DNA of 56,620 nt, taken from the NCBI GenBank assembly GCA_014729795.1, contig WJJI01000028.1, forward strand, positions 1-56,620. Direction: 5' to 3'. A model generated the notes under the pieces. That model did not search any database. It saw nothing but the letters and a program-made list of their open reading frames with translations, and was not told the origin of the DNA. This document shows positions 1 through 8,996 of this stretch, piece after piece (the first letter of the stretch is position 1; the number at the start of each line of letters is the position of its first letter). This DNA comes from Candidatus Moraniibacteriota bacterium. Lineage in GTDB: Bacteria > Patescibacteriota > Minisyncoccia > CAIUEV01 > JAHKAQ01. The position numbers were made by a program, and so were the translations under genes.

Positions 1-3
1 AAA

Positions 4-19
4 TATAATAATGTATAAT
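4..19 (+). promoter_or_regulatory. Possible sigma70 -10 elements
   Basis: TATAAT at 4-9 and 14-19 upstream of ORF 58; any -35 would lie outside the window. AT-rich context lowers specificity. Confidence 0.3.
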
Positions 20-57
20 AAAAGGGAAATAAAAAAAATAAAAATTAAAAAATAATC

Positions 58-240
58 ATGACCAACATCAACGGAGAAAAAATCATCGATCATTGCCCTT
101 GTTGCGGCAGCCACAATATCGACCATGTTACTCGAGTAACCGGCTATTTTTCCAAAGATTCAATGTGGAACCGAGGGAAAATCGCTGAACTCAGGGATCG
201 AGCCAAAGAAATTAATAAAAAATACTTAACTTCTCATTAA
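58..240 (+). CDS. Stand-alone NrdD C-terminal-like (Zn-ribbon/glycyl radical) small protein
   Basis: CPCCG...TRVTGYFS...WNRGKIAELRDR matches the C-terminal glycyl-radical signature of class III RNR. In-frame TAA at 46-48 shows it is not the tail of a longer ORF. Adjacent to an activase gene. Confidence 0.85.
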   Translation: MTNINGEKIIDHCPCCGSHNIDHVTRVTGYFSKDSMWNRGKIAELRDRAKEINKKYLTSH

Positions 241-347
241 TTATTTCATGGTTTTTCATATATTCACTAAACACGCCAACGCCATTTATAGCTTATTCTA
301 AACTAAAAAATTTTAAATCAAGGCTTGCGTTTTCAAACTATTAACAT

Positions 348-389
348 AAGCTGCCGGCATAATACATGAATAACGGCAGCTTTATTTTT
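348..389 (+). terminator. Intrinsic terminator-like hairpin
   Basis: AAGCTGCCG-17 nt loop-CGGCAGCTT followed by TATTTTT, between the small NrdD-like ORF and the activase. Confidence 0.55.
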
Positions 390-412
390 ACCAGCTGATT
401 GACCTAAATATT

Positions 413-1135
413 ATGACCAAAACCAAACTTCAAATTGGCGGACTTGAGCCCGCTTCCATGCTCGAAAGAAAAGGCAATATTTCTTCAATTATTTTTGTGC
501 TTGGTTGCAACTACCGCTGTGGGTTTTGCCATAATCCTGAATTGGTTTTTAATACCAAAGGCGAAATCCAACCTTATCCGCATCAAGAAGTGCTAAAAAT
601 ACTAAAAAGTAAAAAAAATTGGATCGATTCGGTTATTTTTACCGGCGGCGAACCCACTATTTATCAAGGTTTACCCAATTTCATGCACAAGGTTAAAAAT
701 CTTGATTTAAGCATTGGTCTGCATACTAATGGCACTAACCCGAAAATGATTGAAGAAATTCTGGAGCAAAATCTGCTTGACTATTTAGCTATGGATGTTA
801 AAAATCATTTAGCTAAATATACTCAAACTGTTGGCCTTGAAAAAATCAATCTTGATTCTATCAAGCAAAGCATTCAATTGGTTTTACAAACTCAAGATCA
901 AATCCAAACAGTTTTTAGAACCACTGTGGTTCCTAATTTAATTCAAAAAAAAGACTTGCCAAAAATTGGCCGCTTGATTAAAGGGGCTAAAAAAGCCTGC
1001 TTGCAGCAATTTCGTCCTCTCAGGTGCTTGGATAAAAAATTTGAAAAAATCCAACCCTATGATAAGCTAGTATTGGATCAAATGGCTGATATTTTAGAAC
1101 AATATGTTGAAACCGTAGATCGTGATTACTTATAA
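413..1135 (+). CDS. nrdG: Anaerobic ribonucleoside-triphosphate reductase activating protein (radical SAM, NrdG2-type)
   Basis: GCNYRCGFCHNP CxxxCxxC motif, TGGEPT, YLAMDVK, FRTTVVP, LQQF. Confidence 0.88.
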   Translation: MTKTKLQIGGLEPASMLERKGNISSIIFVLGCNYRCGFCHNPELVFNTKGEIQPYPHQEVLKILKSKKNWIDSVIFTGGEPTIYQGLPNFMHKVKNLDLSIGLHTNGTNPKMIEEILEQNLLDYLAMDVKNHLAKYTQTVGLEKINLDSIKQSIQLVLQTQDQIQTVFRTTVVPNLIQKKDLPKIGRLIKGAKKACLQQFRPLRCLDKKFEKIQPYDKLVLDQMADILEQYVETVDRDYL

Positions 1136-1150
1136 TTTTTAAATAATCTC

Positions 1151-2458
1151 ATGCTTGACATTAAATACATTAGGGATAACGCCCAAGCTATCCAAAAGGC
1201 GGCTCGTCAAAAAAAAATTGATTTAGACGTTAACCAACTTTTAAAAATCGATAAAAAAAGAAGAGAACTACAGACCCAAATCAACCAACTAGAAAAACAA
1301 AAAAATCAACTTTCCGCCAAAATAAAAGGCAAACCCACCGTCCAACAAATCAAGCAGGGAAAAACCATTAAACAAAGAATTAATCAACTAGATCAAAAAT
1401 TTGAGCAAGTAAAAAATCAATACCAAGACCTCATGGTTTTGGTTCCGATTGTTCCATCAAAAGATACTCCGATTGGTAAAGACGAAAGCGAAAACGTGGA
1501 AATTTATCGACAAGGCGATATTCCTAAATTTGACTTCCCGAGTAAAGATTATTTAGAAATTGCCAAGACCCATGATCTGCTTGATCTGGAAAGAGGGGTT
1601 AAAGTGTCCGGATATCGTGGTTATTATATAAAAAATCAAGCCGTGCCTCTGGTTTTAGGTATGATGATGCATGCTTTGAATAAACTAATCGCTAAAGGAT
1701 TTACTCCCATTATCCCTCCAACTTTGGTTCGAGAATTTGTTTTATATGGAAGTGGTTATTTTGCCGGCTCCTCTTATAATCCAAAAGCCGACAATATTTA
1801 CCAACTTGCCAATCAGGAAATCAAGGCTGATGGCAGTCAAGACAAACAAAAAAATTTCTTAGTTGGTACCGCTGAACCATCTTTACTCGCCTACCACGCT
1901 AACGAAACCTTGGAGGAAAAAGATCTTCCCTTGAAATTTTGCGGCTTTTCACAATGCTATCGCTCTGAAATTGGCAGTTATGGTAAAGACACCAAAGGCA
2001 TTTACCGGGTACATGAATTTCTTAAAGTCGAACAAGTCTGTCTGAGCAGGGCTAGTATTCAAGAATCCGATCAACTCCACCAAGAAATGCTTGGTGTTTC
2101 TAAAGAATTACATCAAGATTTGGAAATACCCTTTAGACAAATCCAGATCTGCACCGGTGATTTAAGCGCCGGCAAATACAAACAATTCGACATGGAGGCT
2201 TGGATCCCCAGCCGCCAGGATTGGGGCGAGACCGGCTCTGCCTCAAATTTTCTTGACTGGCAATCCCGTAGATTGAACGTTAAGTATAAAGACAAAAAAG
2301 GTCAAAAAAAATATGTTTATATGCTTAACAACACCGCCCTAGCCAGTACTCGACCTTTGATTGCCATTCTGGAAAACCTTCAACTCCAAGATGGTAGCGT
2401 CCGAATCCCCAAAGCCTTACAATCTTATTTGAAAACTAAAACCATCAGCAAAAAATAA
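1151..2458 (+). CDS. serS: Serine--tRNA ligase
   Basis: MLDIKYIR start, N-terminal coiled coil, GTAE, CYRSEIGS...GIYRVHEF, LNNT. Confidence 0.97.
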   Translation: MLDIKYIRDNAQAIQKAARQKKIDLDVNQLLKIDKKRRELQTQINQLEKQKNQLSAKIKGKPTVQQIKQGKTIKQRINQLDQKFEQVKNQYQDLMVLVPIVPSKDTPIGKDESENVEIYRQGDIPKFDFPSKDYLEIAKTHDLLDLERGVKVSGYRGYYIKNQAVPLVLGMMMHALNKLIAKGFTPIIPPTLVREFVLYGSGYFAGSSYNPKADNIYQLANQEIKADGSQDKQKNFLVGTAEPSLLAYHANETLEEKDLPLKFCGFSQCYRSEIGSYGKDTKGIYRVHEFLKVEQVCLSRASIQESDQLHQEMLGVSKELHQDLEIPFRQIQICTGDLSAGKYKQFDMEAWIPSRQDWGETGSASNFLDWQSRRLNVKYKDKKGQKKYVYMLNNTALASTRPLIAILENLQLQDGSVRIPKALQSYLKTKTISKK

Positions 2459-2463
2459 GCTTT

Positions 2464-3420
2464 ATGTTCTGGCGTAAAAAAAAATCAATCCCTAAAAAAA
2501 GAAAAGCACCTACCGACAAAAAAACCAAATTCAAGTCAACTGGCAAAGCTTTTATTGCTACCACCCAAACAGAAACATTTAAAGCTAAGAGTAATTTTGA
2601 AGAAAAAATTTCCAGAATATTTTTTTCTCTCACCACTATCGTTATCTTGGCTCTTGCTTGTTATTATTTAATATTTTCCTCGCTTCTAAGAATCAATAAA
2701 GTTGTAATAAAAACCCCAACCAGAATTAAAAAAGAATTGATAAAACAAGAGGTTCGCCCTTTCTTGCAAGGGGCCTTTCTAAAATATTTTAATCGTGACC
2801 ATTTCTTGTTTATCAATCGGGGCGCTATAGAAAAACATCTCTTACAAACTTTTCCCAGTTTTGAAGATGTCCGAGTTAAAAAAAGTCTTTTTAAAAAAAT
2901 CGAGATTGAAATTATAGAAAAGCAAATTCAATTAAATATGTGTGGCGACTTTGAGTGTATAGCTATTGATCAACAAGGCACCGTGATCGCAAGATTTTCC
3001 AAAGATAATCTCTTTAAATACAGTAATGATGCTGAGTTAATTATTGATAAATCGAATCAATTAGCCCTGCCTGGCCATGGCGTTAATACAGCTGACTTTG
3101 TCAAAGCCGCCAGCCAAATTAGGGAAAAACTTAACCAAAAATTAAGTATTAACGCTCGAGGAGTTTATGTCCCTCTTGCTCAGGCTCCGGAAATTCAAGT
3201 CGCTACAAATAAAAATTATTTGTTAATTTTTAATTCCAAAGATCCATTGAACGATCAGTTGCAAGCTCTAAAGGTTATTTTAGAAAATGAGATTCAACCT
3301 CAAGATTTAGATTGTTTAGAATACCTAGACCTAAGAGTTCAAGGCAAGGTATTCTATAAATTTCACGACGACTGCCGAACCGAAGCGCAAGAAAGCGAAC
3401 AAGAAGCGGTTGCTTCTTGA
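2464..3420 (+). CDS. FtsQ/DivIB-like cell division protein (POTRA domain)
   Basis: Basic N-tail, one TM helix, POTRA-like segment, C-terminal YLDLR motif. Confidence 0.7.
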   Translation: MFWRKKKSIPKKRKAPTDKKTKFKSTGKAFIATTQTETFKAKSNFEEKISRIFFSLTTIVILALACYYLIFSSLLRINKVVIKTPTRIKKELIKQEVRPFLQGAFLKYFNRDHFLFINRGAIEKHLLQTFPSFEDVRVKKSLFKKIEIEIIEKQIQLNMCGDFECIAIDQQGTVIARFSKDNLFKYSNDAELIIDKSNQLALPGHGVNTADFVKAASQIREKLNQKLSINARGVYVPLAQAPEIQVATNKNYLLIFNSKDPLNDQLQALKVILENEIQPQDLDCLEYLDLRVQGKVFYKFHDDCRTEAQESEQEAVAS

Positions 3421-3446
3421 AAACTTAATAAATATTCATTATGTTA

Positions 3447-3518
3447 AAAAGTCACGTGTCTGGTAAATATTTAAGCCACCAAAAAATAACTTGATAATTT
3501 TCTCAAACGAATAATTTT
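3447..3518 (+). repeat. Intergenic inverted-repeat family, degenerate copy in flipped orientation
   Basis: GTCACGTGTCTGGTAAATATTT...AATTTTCTCAAACGAATAATT resembles the reverse complement of the copies at 6664 and 31472. Confidence 0.55.
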
Positions 3519-3554
3519 AATTTACAATATTTTAATAAAGTAATAATTTATACC

Positions 3555-5411
3555 ATGAAAACCAATTTAATACGAAAAGCTTATCTAGATTTTTTTCGCT
3601 CAAAAAATCACGCGATTATTCCCTCTGCCTCTTTACTGCCGGAAAACGACCCTACGACTTTGTTTACCGGCTCTGGCATGCAGCCCATGGTGCCTTATCT
3701 GCTTGGAGAAAAACATCCGCTAGGTAAAAGAATTGCTGATTCTCAAAAAAGCTTTCGCGCTCAGGATATCGAAGATGTAGGTGATAATCGCCATACTACT
3801 TTTTTTGAAATGCTTGGTAATTGGAGCTTGGGTGATTATTTTAAAAAAGAACAAATTTCTTGGATTTTTGAATTCCTAACTCAAGTATTAAAATTAGATC
3901 CCCGGCGTCTTTATGTTTCAGTTTACCAAGGTAATTCCAAAATCAATATTGATCCAGACCAAGAAGCGGTAAAAATTTGGCAACAACAGTTTAAAAAAGT
4001 AAATATCCAAGCCCAAACAGTTAAAAATGCTTCAAAAAAAGGCATGGGTAAAGGTCGTATCTTTTTTTACGATGAAAATGAAAACTGGTGGAGTCGCGCT
4101 GGCGTGCCTGATAATATGCCTATTGGCGAACCTGGCGGACCAGACTCGGAAATCTTCTGGGATTTTAAAGCCTCTCGCCAAATTCATGAAGATTCTATCT
4201 ATAAAGACCAACCTTGCCATCCAGCTTGTGATTGTGGTCGTTTCTTAGAAATCGGCAATAATGTTTTTATGCAATATTTAAAAACTAAAAATGGATTCAA
4301 GCCGCTGGAAAATAAAAATATTGATTTTGGGGGCGGGTTGGAAAGATTGGCCGCTGCCATCCAAGATGATCCCGATATGTTTAATATCGATTTATTTAAA
4401 CCCTTAAAAAAAGAATTGGAAAAACTTAGCCAAAAACAATATCAGTTAAACCAAAAAACAACCCGGGCATTCCGCATTATAATGGATCATATTCGTGCCG
4501 CTGTCTTCTTAATTAGCGATGGGGCCGGCCCTTCAAATAAAGATCAGGGATATTTTACTCGACGTCTAATTCGCCGCGGCATCCGTTCAGCCCATCAGCT
4601 CAACATTCAAGATAATTTTACCCAAAATTTGGCCCGCTCGATTATTAAAATCTATGAAAAACCCTACCCGGGACTTAAAAATAACCAAAACCTAATTTTG
4701 GATGCTCTGAAAAAAGAAGAAACCGGTTTTAAAAAAACTTTAAATCAAGGCTTAAAAAAGTTTGAGCAACTTAGGAAAAAACAAAAACATATTGATGGAC
4801 AACAAGCTTTTGATCTTTATCAATCTTATGGTTTCCCGATTGAAATGACTCAAGAACTGGCTCAAGAACATGGTATCAAGGTTGATCTTCAAGCCTTTAA
4901 ACAAGCTCAAAAAAATCATCAAAAAATTTCTCGCCAAGGCGCTCAAAAAAAATTCAAAGGTGGTTTGGCGGATCAACAAAAATCTACTATTCAGCTTCAT
5001 ACTGCGGCTCACTTATTATTAGCAGCCTTAAAAAAAATACTTGGCCATCACGTCAAACAGAAAGGCGCCAATATCACGGCTGAGCGTCTTCGCTTCGACT
5101 TTTCTCATCCAGCTAAATTAACAGAACAAGAGATTAAAGAAACCCAACAATATGTCAATGAAATTATTGAAAAAAACTTGCCGGTTAAAATGCGGGAAAT
5201 ATCTATTGAGCAAGCCCGAGAACAAAACATAACTGGAGAATTTAATGATCGCTACCAAAATCTTGTAAAAATTTACACAATCGGCAGCTACTCCCAAGAA
5301 ATTTGCGGCGGCCCACATGTTAAAAACACCAATGAACTGGGAAAGTTTCAAATCATCAAACAACAAAGCGCGGGCGCGGGTGTTAGACGTATAAAAGCTA
5401 TTTTGGAATAA
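3555..5411 (+). CDS. alaS: Alanine--tRNA ligase (short form, no C-Ala domain)
   Basis: DPTTLFTGSGMQP, RHTTFFEMLGNWS, editing motifs HTAAH and CGGPH; ends at GVRRIKA. Confidence 0.97.
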   Translation: MKTNLIRKAYLDFFRSKNHAIIPSASLLPENDPTTLFTGSGMQPMVPYLLGEKHPLGKRIADSQKSFRAQDIEDVGDNRHTTFFEMLGNWSLGDYFKKEQISWIFEFLTQVLKLDPRRLYVSVYQGNSKINIDPDQEAVKIWQQQFKKVNIQAQTVKNASKKGMGKGRIFFYDENENWWSRAGVPDNMPIGEPGGPDSEIFWDFKASRQIHEDSIYKDQPCHPACDCGRFLEIGNNVFMQYLKTKNGFKPLENKNIDFGGGLERLAAAIQDDPDMFNIDLFKPLKKELEKLSQKQYQLNQKTTRAFRIIMDHIRAAVFLISDGAGPSNKDQGYFTRRLIRRGIRSAHQLNIQDNFTQNLARSIIKIYEKPYPGLKNNQNLILDALKKEETGFKKTLNQGLKKFEQLRKKQKHIDGQQAFDLYQSYGFPIEMTQELAQEHGIKVDLQAFKQAQKNHQKISRQGAQKKFKGGLADQQKSTIQLHTAAHLLLAALKKILGHHVKQKGANITAERLRFDFSHPAKLTEQEIKETQQYVNEIIEKNLPVKMREISIEQAREQNITGEFNDRYQNLVKIYTIGSYSQEICGGPHVKNTNELGKFQIIKQQSAGAGVRRIKAILE

Positions 5412-5425
5412 AAATTTTGTAAATG

Positions 5426-5458
5426 AAAAGAGGCCGATTCAAAGAATCCGCCTCTTTT
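5426..5458. terminator. Bidirectional intrinsic terminator
   Basis: AAAAGAGGCCGATTC-AAA-GAATCCGCCTCTTTT (one mismatch) between convergent alaS and M23 genes. Confidence 0.8.
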
Positions 5459-5507
5459 ATGAAAAAATGTTTAAATTAAGCAGTGTTTATAACCCATCAA
5501 ACCCTTT

Positions 5508-6563
5508 TCAGGTGTTGGAATTTAAAATAAAAGAAATTATAATTGATAAAAACTCCAAACCCTTTCCCGACTCCGGAATATAAACGTATTCTGGAACAAC
5601 CTCAATTACTCCAATTTCATCATCTTCATCGGAAAAATTGTTATCGCTATTGTCATCATAATCATTTTCCACCCCAACTCCAATATAATAAATTCCCAGC
5701 TTATTCGGGGCTAATACAAATTCTTTTTCCCATTTATCGTCACCACCTTCCAGCGTTTTAATTGAGTCTTCCCCGATAATCTCATCATTATGATCAAAAT
5801 ACCGGTCTCGACTCACATAATAATAAACTTTACTTTCGGTTGTAGCGCTATCACTAGCCTTATTTTTAATACGCGCCTTAACTGTAATATTCTCTCCCGG
5901 GTATACTTTTAAACTTCGGTTTCCTGCAATTTCTTGATCGTTTTGATTAATCCACAATTCGCTTACTGCCATATCCGGCTCAGCTGCTTCTCGATGGTTA
6001 TCAATAAAATCGCTTGGCTCGTAATACCAATTTTTTACTTCATCCCGACTCCAGCCTGTAACCCAATCGCAAGGGCCGCGCTTTTTTTTCCGAACCTCAA
6101 AATGCAAATGCGCTCTATATTCATTGTTGTAACCTTGACCAATTGTTCCAATTTTTTCACCTCGATTAACCGAATCATTATCCCCGACTCTACGACTTTG
6201 TAGATGCGCATACTGCGACCAAACATCATCGCCATTAGCCAATTCATGTTTTACCACAATCACGTTGCCCCAGCCACTACCACAGTTTCCACTGTAAACA
6301 ACCTTTCCATTCGCGATTGCATAAACTGAATCACCTAAGTCCGTATTGCCGCCGCCATCGCCATTCCAGTCTTCTCCTGGATGATAAACTCCTCCATAAG
6401 TATACTCTAAATACCCCCAACCGAAAGTTTTGTTGTAACCGGTTCCGTCTGGTTTGCCCACGGGATAGTCAAAACTATCTGCTACCGCGTAAGCCCAACT
6501 TTGTTCAAGATTAAATCCAAAAACCACTGCCGCCAATACTAAAATCAACCAACATTTTTTCAT
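5508..6563 (-). CDS. Secreted M23 family peptidase with CARDB/Ig-like C-terminal domain
   Basis: Signal peptide, HPGED (HxxxD), YAHL, AHLHFE; hydrophobic C-terminal tail. Confidence 0.88.
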   Translation of the reverse strand: MKKCWLILVLAAVVFGFNLEQSWAYAVADSFDYPVGKPDGTGYNKTFGWGYLEYTYGGVYHPGEDWNGDGGGNTDLGDSVYAIANGKVVYSGNCGSGWGNVIVVKHELANGDDVWSQYAHLQSRRVGDNDSVNRGEKIGTIGQGYNNEYRAHLHFEVRKKKRGPCDWVTGWSRDEVKNWYYEPSDFIDNHREAAEPDMAVSELWINQNDQEIAGNRSLKVYPGENITVKARIKNKASDSATTESKVYYYVSRDRYFDHNDEIIGEDSIKTLEGGDDKWEKEFVLAPNKLGIYYIGVGVENDYDDNSDNNFSDEDDEIGVIEVVPEYVYIPESGKGLEFLSIIISFILNSNT

Positions 6564-6663
6564 TGCATGCCTTCCTTTCGTTAGGAAATTTCTTCCTGGT
6601 TTTTAAAGAGCCCTATGCTCTTTTTGTTTACCTTCCGAGTATATCAAAGCTCTATCAAAGCTT

Positions 6664-6787
6664 TTATGACTTACGCGATTGGAAAAATTTTATAGAAAGT
6701 ACCAAGAATTTTGCAAGGCTTATTGAGTACACGTAGTCAAAAACCTCAAGATTTGCTCTAAAAATTTACCAATCGCGTAAGTCATAA
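6664..6787 (-). repeat. Intergenic inverted-repeat element (REP/MITE-like), best-preserved copy
   Basis: Perfect 19-bp terminal inverted repeat TTATGACTTACGCGATTGG / CCAATCGCGTAAGTCATAA. Confidence 0.9.
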
Positions 6788-6801
6788 TTTTTTAATAAAG
6801 A

Positions 6802-7419
6802 TTAAATCCGTTTAAATGATTCTACAATCTTTTTCTTTTCTTCTTGAGTTATTTGAGAATCATAAAAACTAATCATAAAATCTTTACCGTTAATTATAAA
6901 CTTATAAGCTTCTAAATTATCAACACATTTTTCATGGGTGCAAAATTCCTCAATTTCATAATAATAACCGCCTAAATCATTTATTTCTACTTTTTTTGTG
7001 GGCGAATGATCAAAATAAGTATCATGACTATCTTGATTTTGTCTTACCCTTAGGTCGAATATTTTGCTTTGATCTTGATCTTCTTTGTAAAAAATAATTA
7101 AGTGATTTGTCTGATCCATAACCTTTTTATATTCCAAATCAGCTGGGTATTTAACTTCAAACTTATGCTTTATATCCTGATAAGTCTTCATTTTTAATTC
7201 ATTCATATTACGAGACTGGTCTGTCTTTATGGTTTTCTCATCTTGTCTTTGAATTGAAGCATCTGACAAATTCTGTTTTTTCGCTTTTTGTTCATTTTTT
7301 TCGATAGAGTTTTCGATTTGTAACTTCTTTGATTCAGTTGGCTCGACTTTTTCTTTGGCTGATCTTGTACAACCAATTAAAAGTAAACCGCCTAAGAAAC
7401 CAATCAATGCTTTTTTCAT
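6802..7419 (-). CDS. Putative lipoprotein
   Basis: MKK + hydrophobic stretch + LLIGC lipobox; FEVKYP motif. Confidence 0.75.
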   Translation of the reverse strand: MKKALIGFLGGLLLIGCTRSAKEKVEPTESKKLQIENSIEKNEQKAKKQNLSDASIQRQDEKTIKTDQSRNMNELKMKTYQDIKHKFEVKYPADLEYKKVMDQTNHLIIFYKEDQDQSKIFDLRVRQNQDSHDTYFDHSPTKKVEINDLGGYYYEIEEFCTHEKCVDNLEAYKFIINGKDFMISFYDSQITQEEKKKIVESFKRI

Positions 7420-7521
7420 GCTCTTTTAGTTAATTATTAAATAACTATTATTAAATATACAACTATTGTCCCATTATAAAAAAACAAGATGAAAAAAAGA
7501 TAAATTTTTTATTAATTTTTA

Positions 7522-8613
7522 TTAATATCGTTTAGATTTTACCCAATCGATAATTTTTTGCTTTTCCGTAGAGGTTAGCTTACTGCCAAAATTATTTTTC
7601 AGTTTATTTTCAATTTCAAATATGACTTGTCGCATTGCTTGAATCGAATCCATATCGCTAAATCTTACAGGCTCCACTTTAAAATTTAGACTCTGTAAAT
7701 GAAACCATTGCTTATTTATCAGTGCTTTAGCTATTACTTGATATTTACCGGGTTTTGTTAGATTAGTTTCAGAAAATTGAAAATGAAGACTTTTGTTGGG
7801 CTTTAACCTTAAATTACGCAAGTATCTAGGTTTTTTTGTTTCAGGCTTTGTTAGATCGGTTATAAATTTATTATTGTTATCATGAACAGCCAAAGCTAAT
7901 TGTTGAATTTGAATGTCTTGTTTACCTGTATTTTTTAATTTAAACTGCGCGTCAAAATTTGATTGCGTCGAATCGGCGCTTAAATTAGCATAAATAGGAT
8001 CGGCTTTTTTCCAAAAATCATAAACTTTCAAATCATTAATCGGGTTTTTCAACACATAGCCGCTAAGTTGCTTAAACAACCAATCTTTATTAATAGCCCA
8101 ACCTGGACAGCTTTTACTAGAATAATCTCGATGAAATTTTATTTTCAAAGTATCGATTTGTAGATACTTCATTAAAATTTTGATCGCCCCTACCGCATTG
8201 TCGTAAGTTTTACCGCTCCATAGTTGATAATCATAGTTCCCAACCACCTCGATCCCGATTGAATAATCCATTAACCGATATAAACTGCTATTTGTATAGC
8301 CTGAAAAAATTCTACCGGTTCGTTTATGTTTCCATAAAGCATTACCTTTGCCAGCGTGAATACCAACTTGATCCATATCTGTAAATAGCCAAATTCCATC
8401 CTCAGCGATAAACAAATGAGGACCTACCGGCCAACCCTTGCTTTCATAAAAACGTTTTAAACCCTGAATTGATTTGCTTCCCTGCCATTGTTCCTTTGTT
8501 GGTTTCCAAGTATGATGAATTACCAACCAGCCGGGTTTAATCTGACCAAAGTCTTTACCGCTGACATAAGCTTCAAATTCCTTGATGGTCAGCTTTTTAT
8601 TTACAATCCGCAT
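7522..8613 (-). CDS. N-acetylmuramoyl-L-alanine amidase (Amidase_2/PGRP-like) with C-terminal beta-sandwich
   Basis: VIHHT, SIGIEVVG, FHRDYSSKSCPG zinc-amidase motifs; no signal peptide. Confidence 0.85.
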   Translation of the reverse strand: MRIVNKKLTIKEFEAYVSGKDFGQIKPGWLVIHHTWKPTKEQWQGSKSIQGLKRFYESKGWPVGPHLFIAEDGIWLFTDMDQVGIHAGKGNALWKHKRTGRIFSGYTNSSLYRLMDYSIGIEVVGNYDYQLWSGKTYDNAVGAIKILMKYLQIDTLKIKFHRDYSSKSCPGWAINKDWLFKQLSGYVLKNPINDLKVYDFWKKADPIYANLSADSTQSNFDAQFKLKNTGKQDIQIQQLALAVHDNNNKFITDLTKPETKKPRYLRNLRLKPNKSLHFQFSETNLTKPGKYQVIAKALINKQWFHLQSLNFKVEPVRFSDMDSIQAMRQVIFEIENKLKNNFGSKLTSTEKQKIIDWVKSKRY

Positions 8614-8902
8614 GTCTTTATAGAATAATTCAAATTAATTTGGGTTCCAATAAAAGGCGATTAGGTAAACCCTGTTTATTTCCACAGCTTAATATGCATT
8701 AACAATCTACCATAATATTAATCTAAAAATTTGTAAAGGAGCCTCTGAAGAAAAGAATGTGATTAAATTACATTTTTTGAAAAAACTTTAAAGCATAATA
8801 ATTTAATTATGTTGAAAAATCATTTCAAAAAATTTGCCAAAAACCAAGATTACAATAATTACTTTTTTTTCAAAGATTCCCTCAGATCAGAGTTTAAAAA
8901 AG

Positions 8903-8986
8903 TGCCGGTGGTCGGATTCGAACCGACACGAACCGAAGTTCACGACATTTTGAGTGTCGCGTGTCTGCCAGTTCCACCACACCGGC
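8903..8986 (-). tRNA. tRNA-Leu(CAA)
   Basis: GCCGGTG acceptor stem, CGACA-CTCAAAA-TGTCG anticodon arm, long variable arm, GGTTCGAATCC T-arm; CCA not encoded. Confidence 0.96.
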
Positions 8987-8996
8987 TTTCTACTGA

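Noticed and set aside
8756-8774. Imperfect palindrome AATGTGATTAAATTACATT resembling CRP/Rex boxes
   Set aside because: Spacing does not match the consensus; plausible by chance in AT-rich DNA.
5412-8902. Prophage or integrative element at tRNA-Leu
   Set aside because: No integrase, structural genes or duplicated tRNA 3' end seen.
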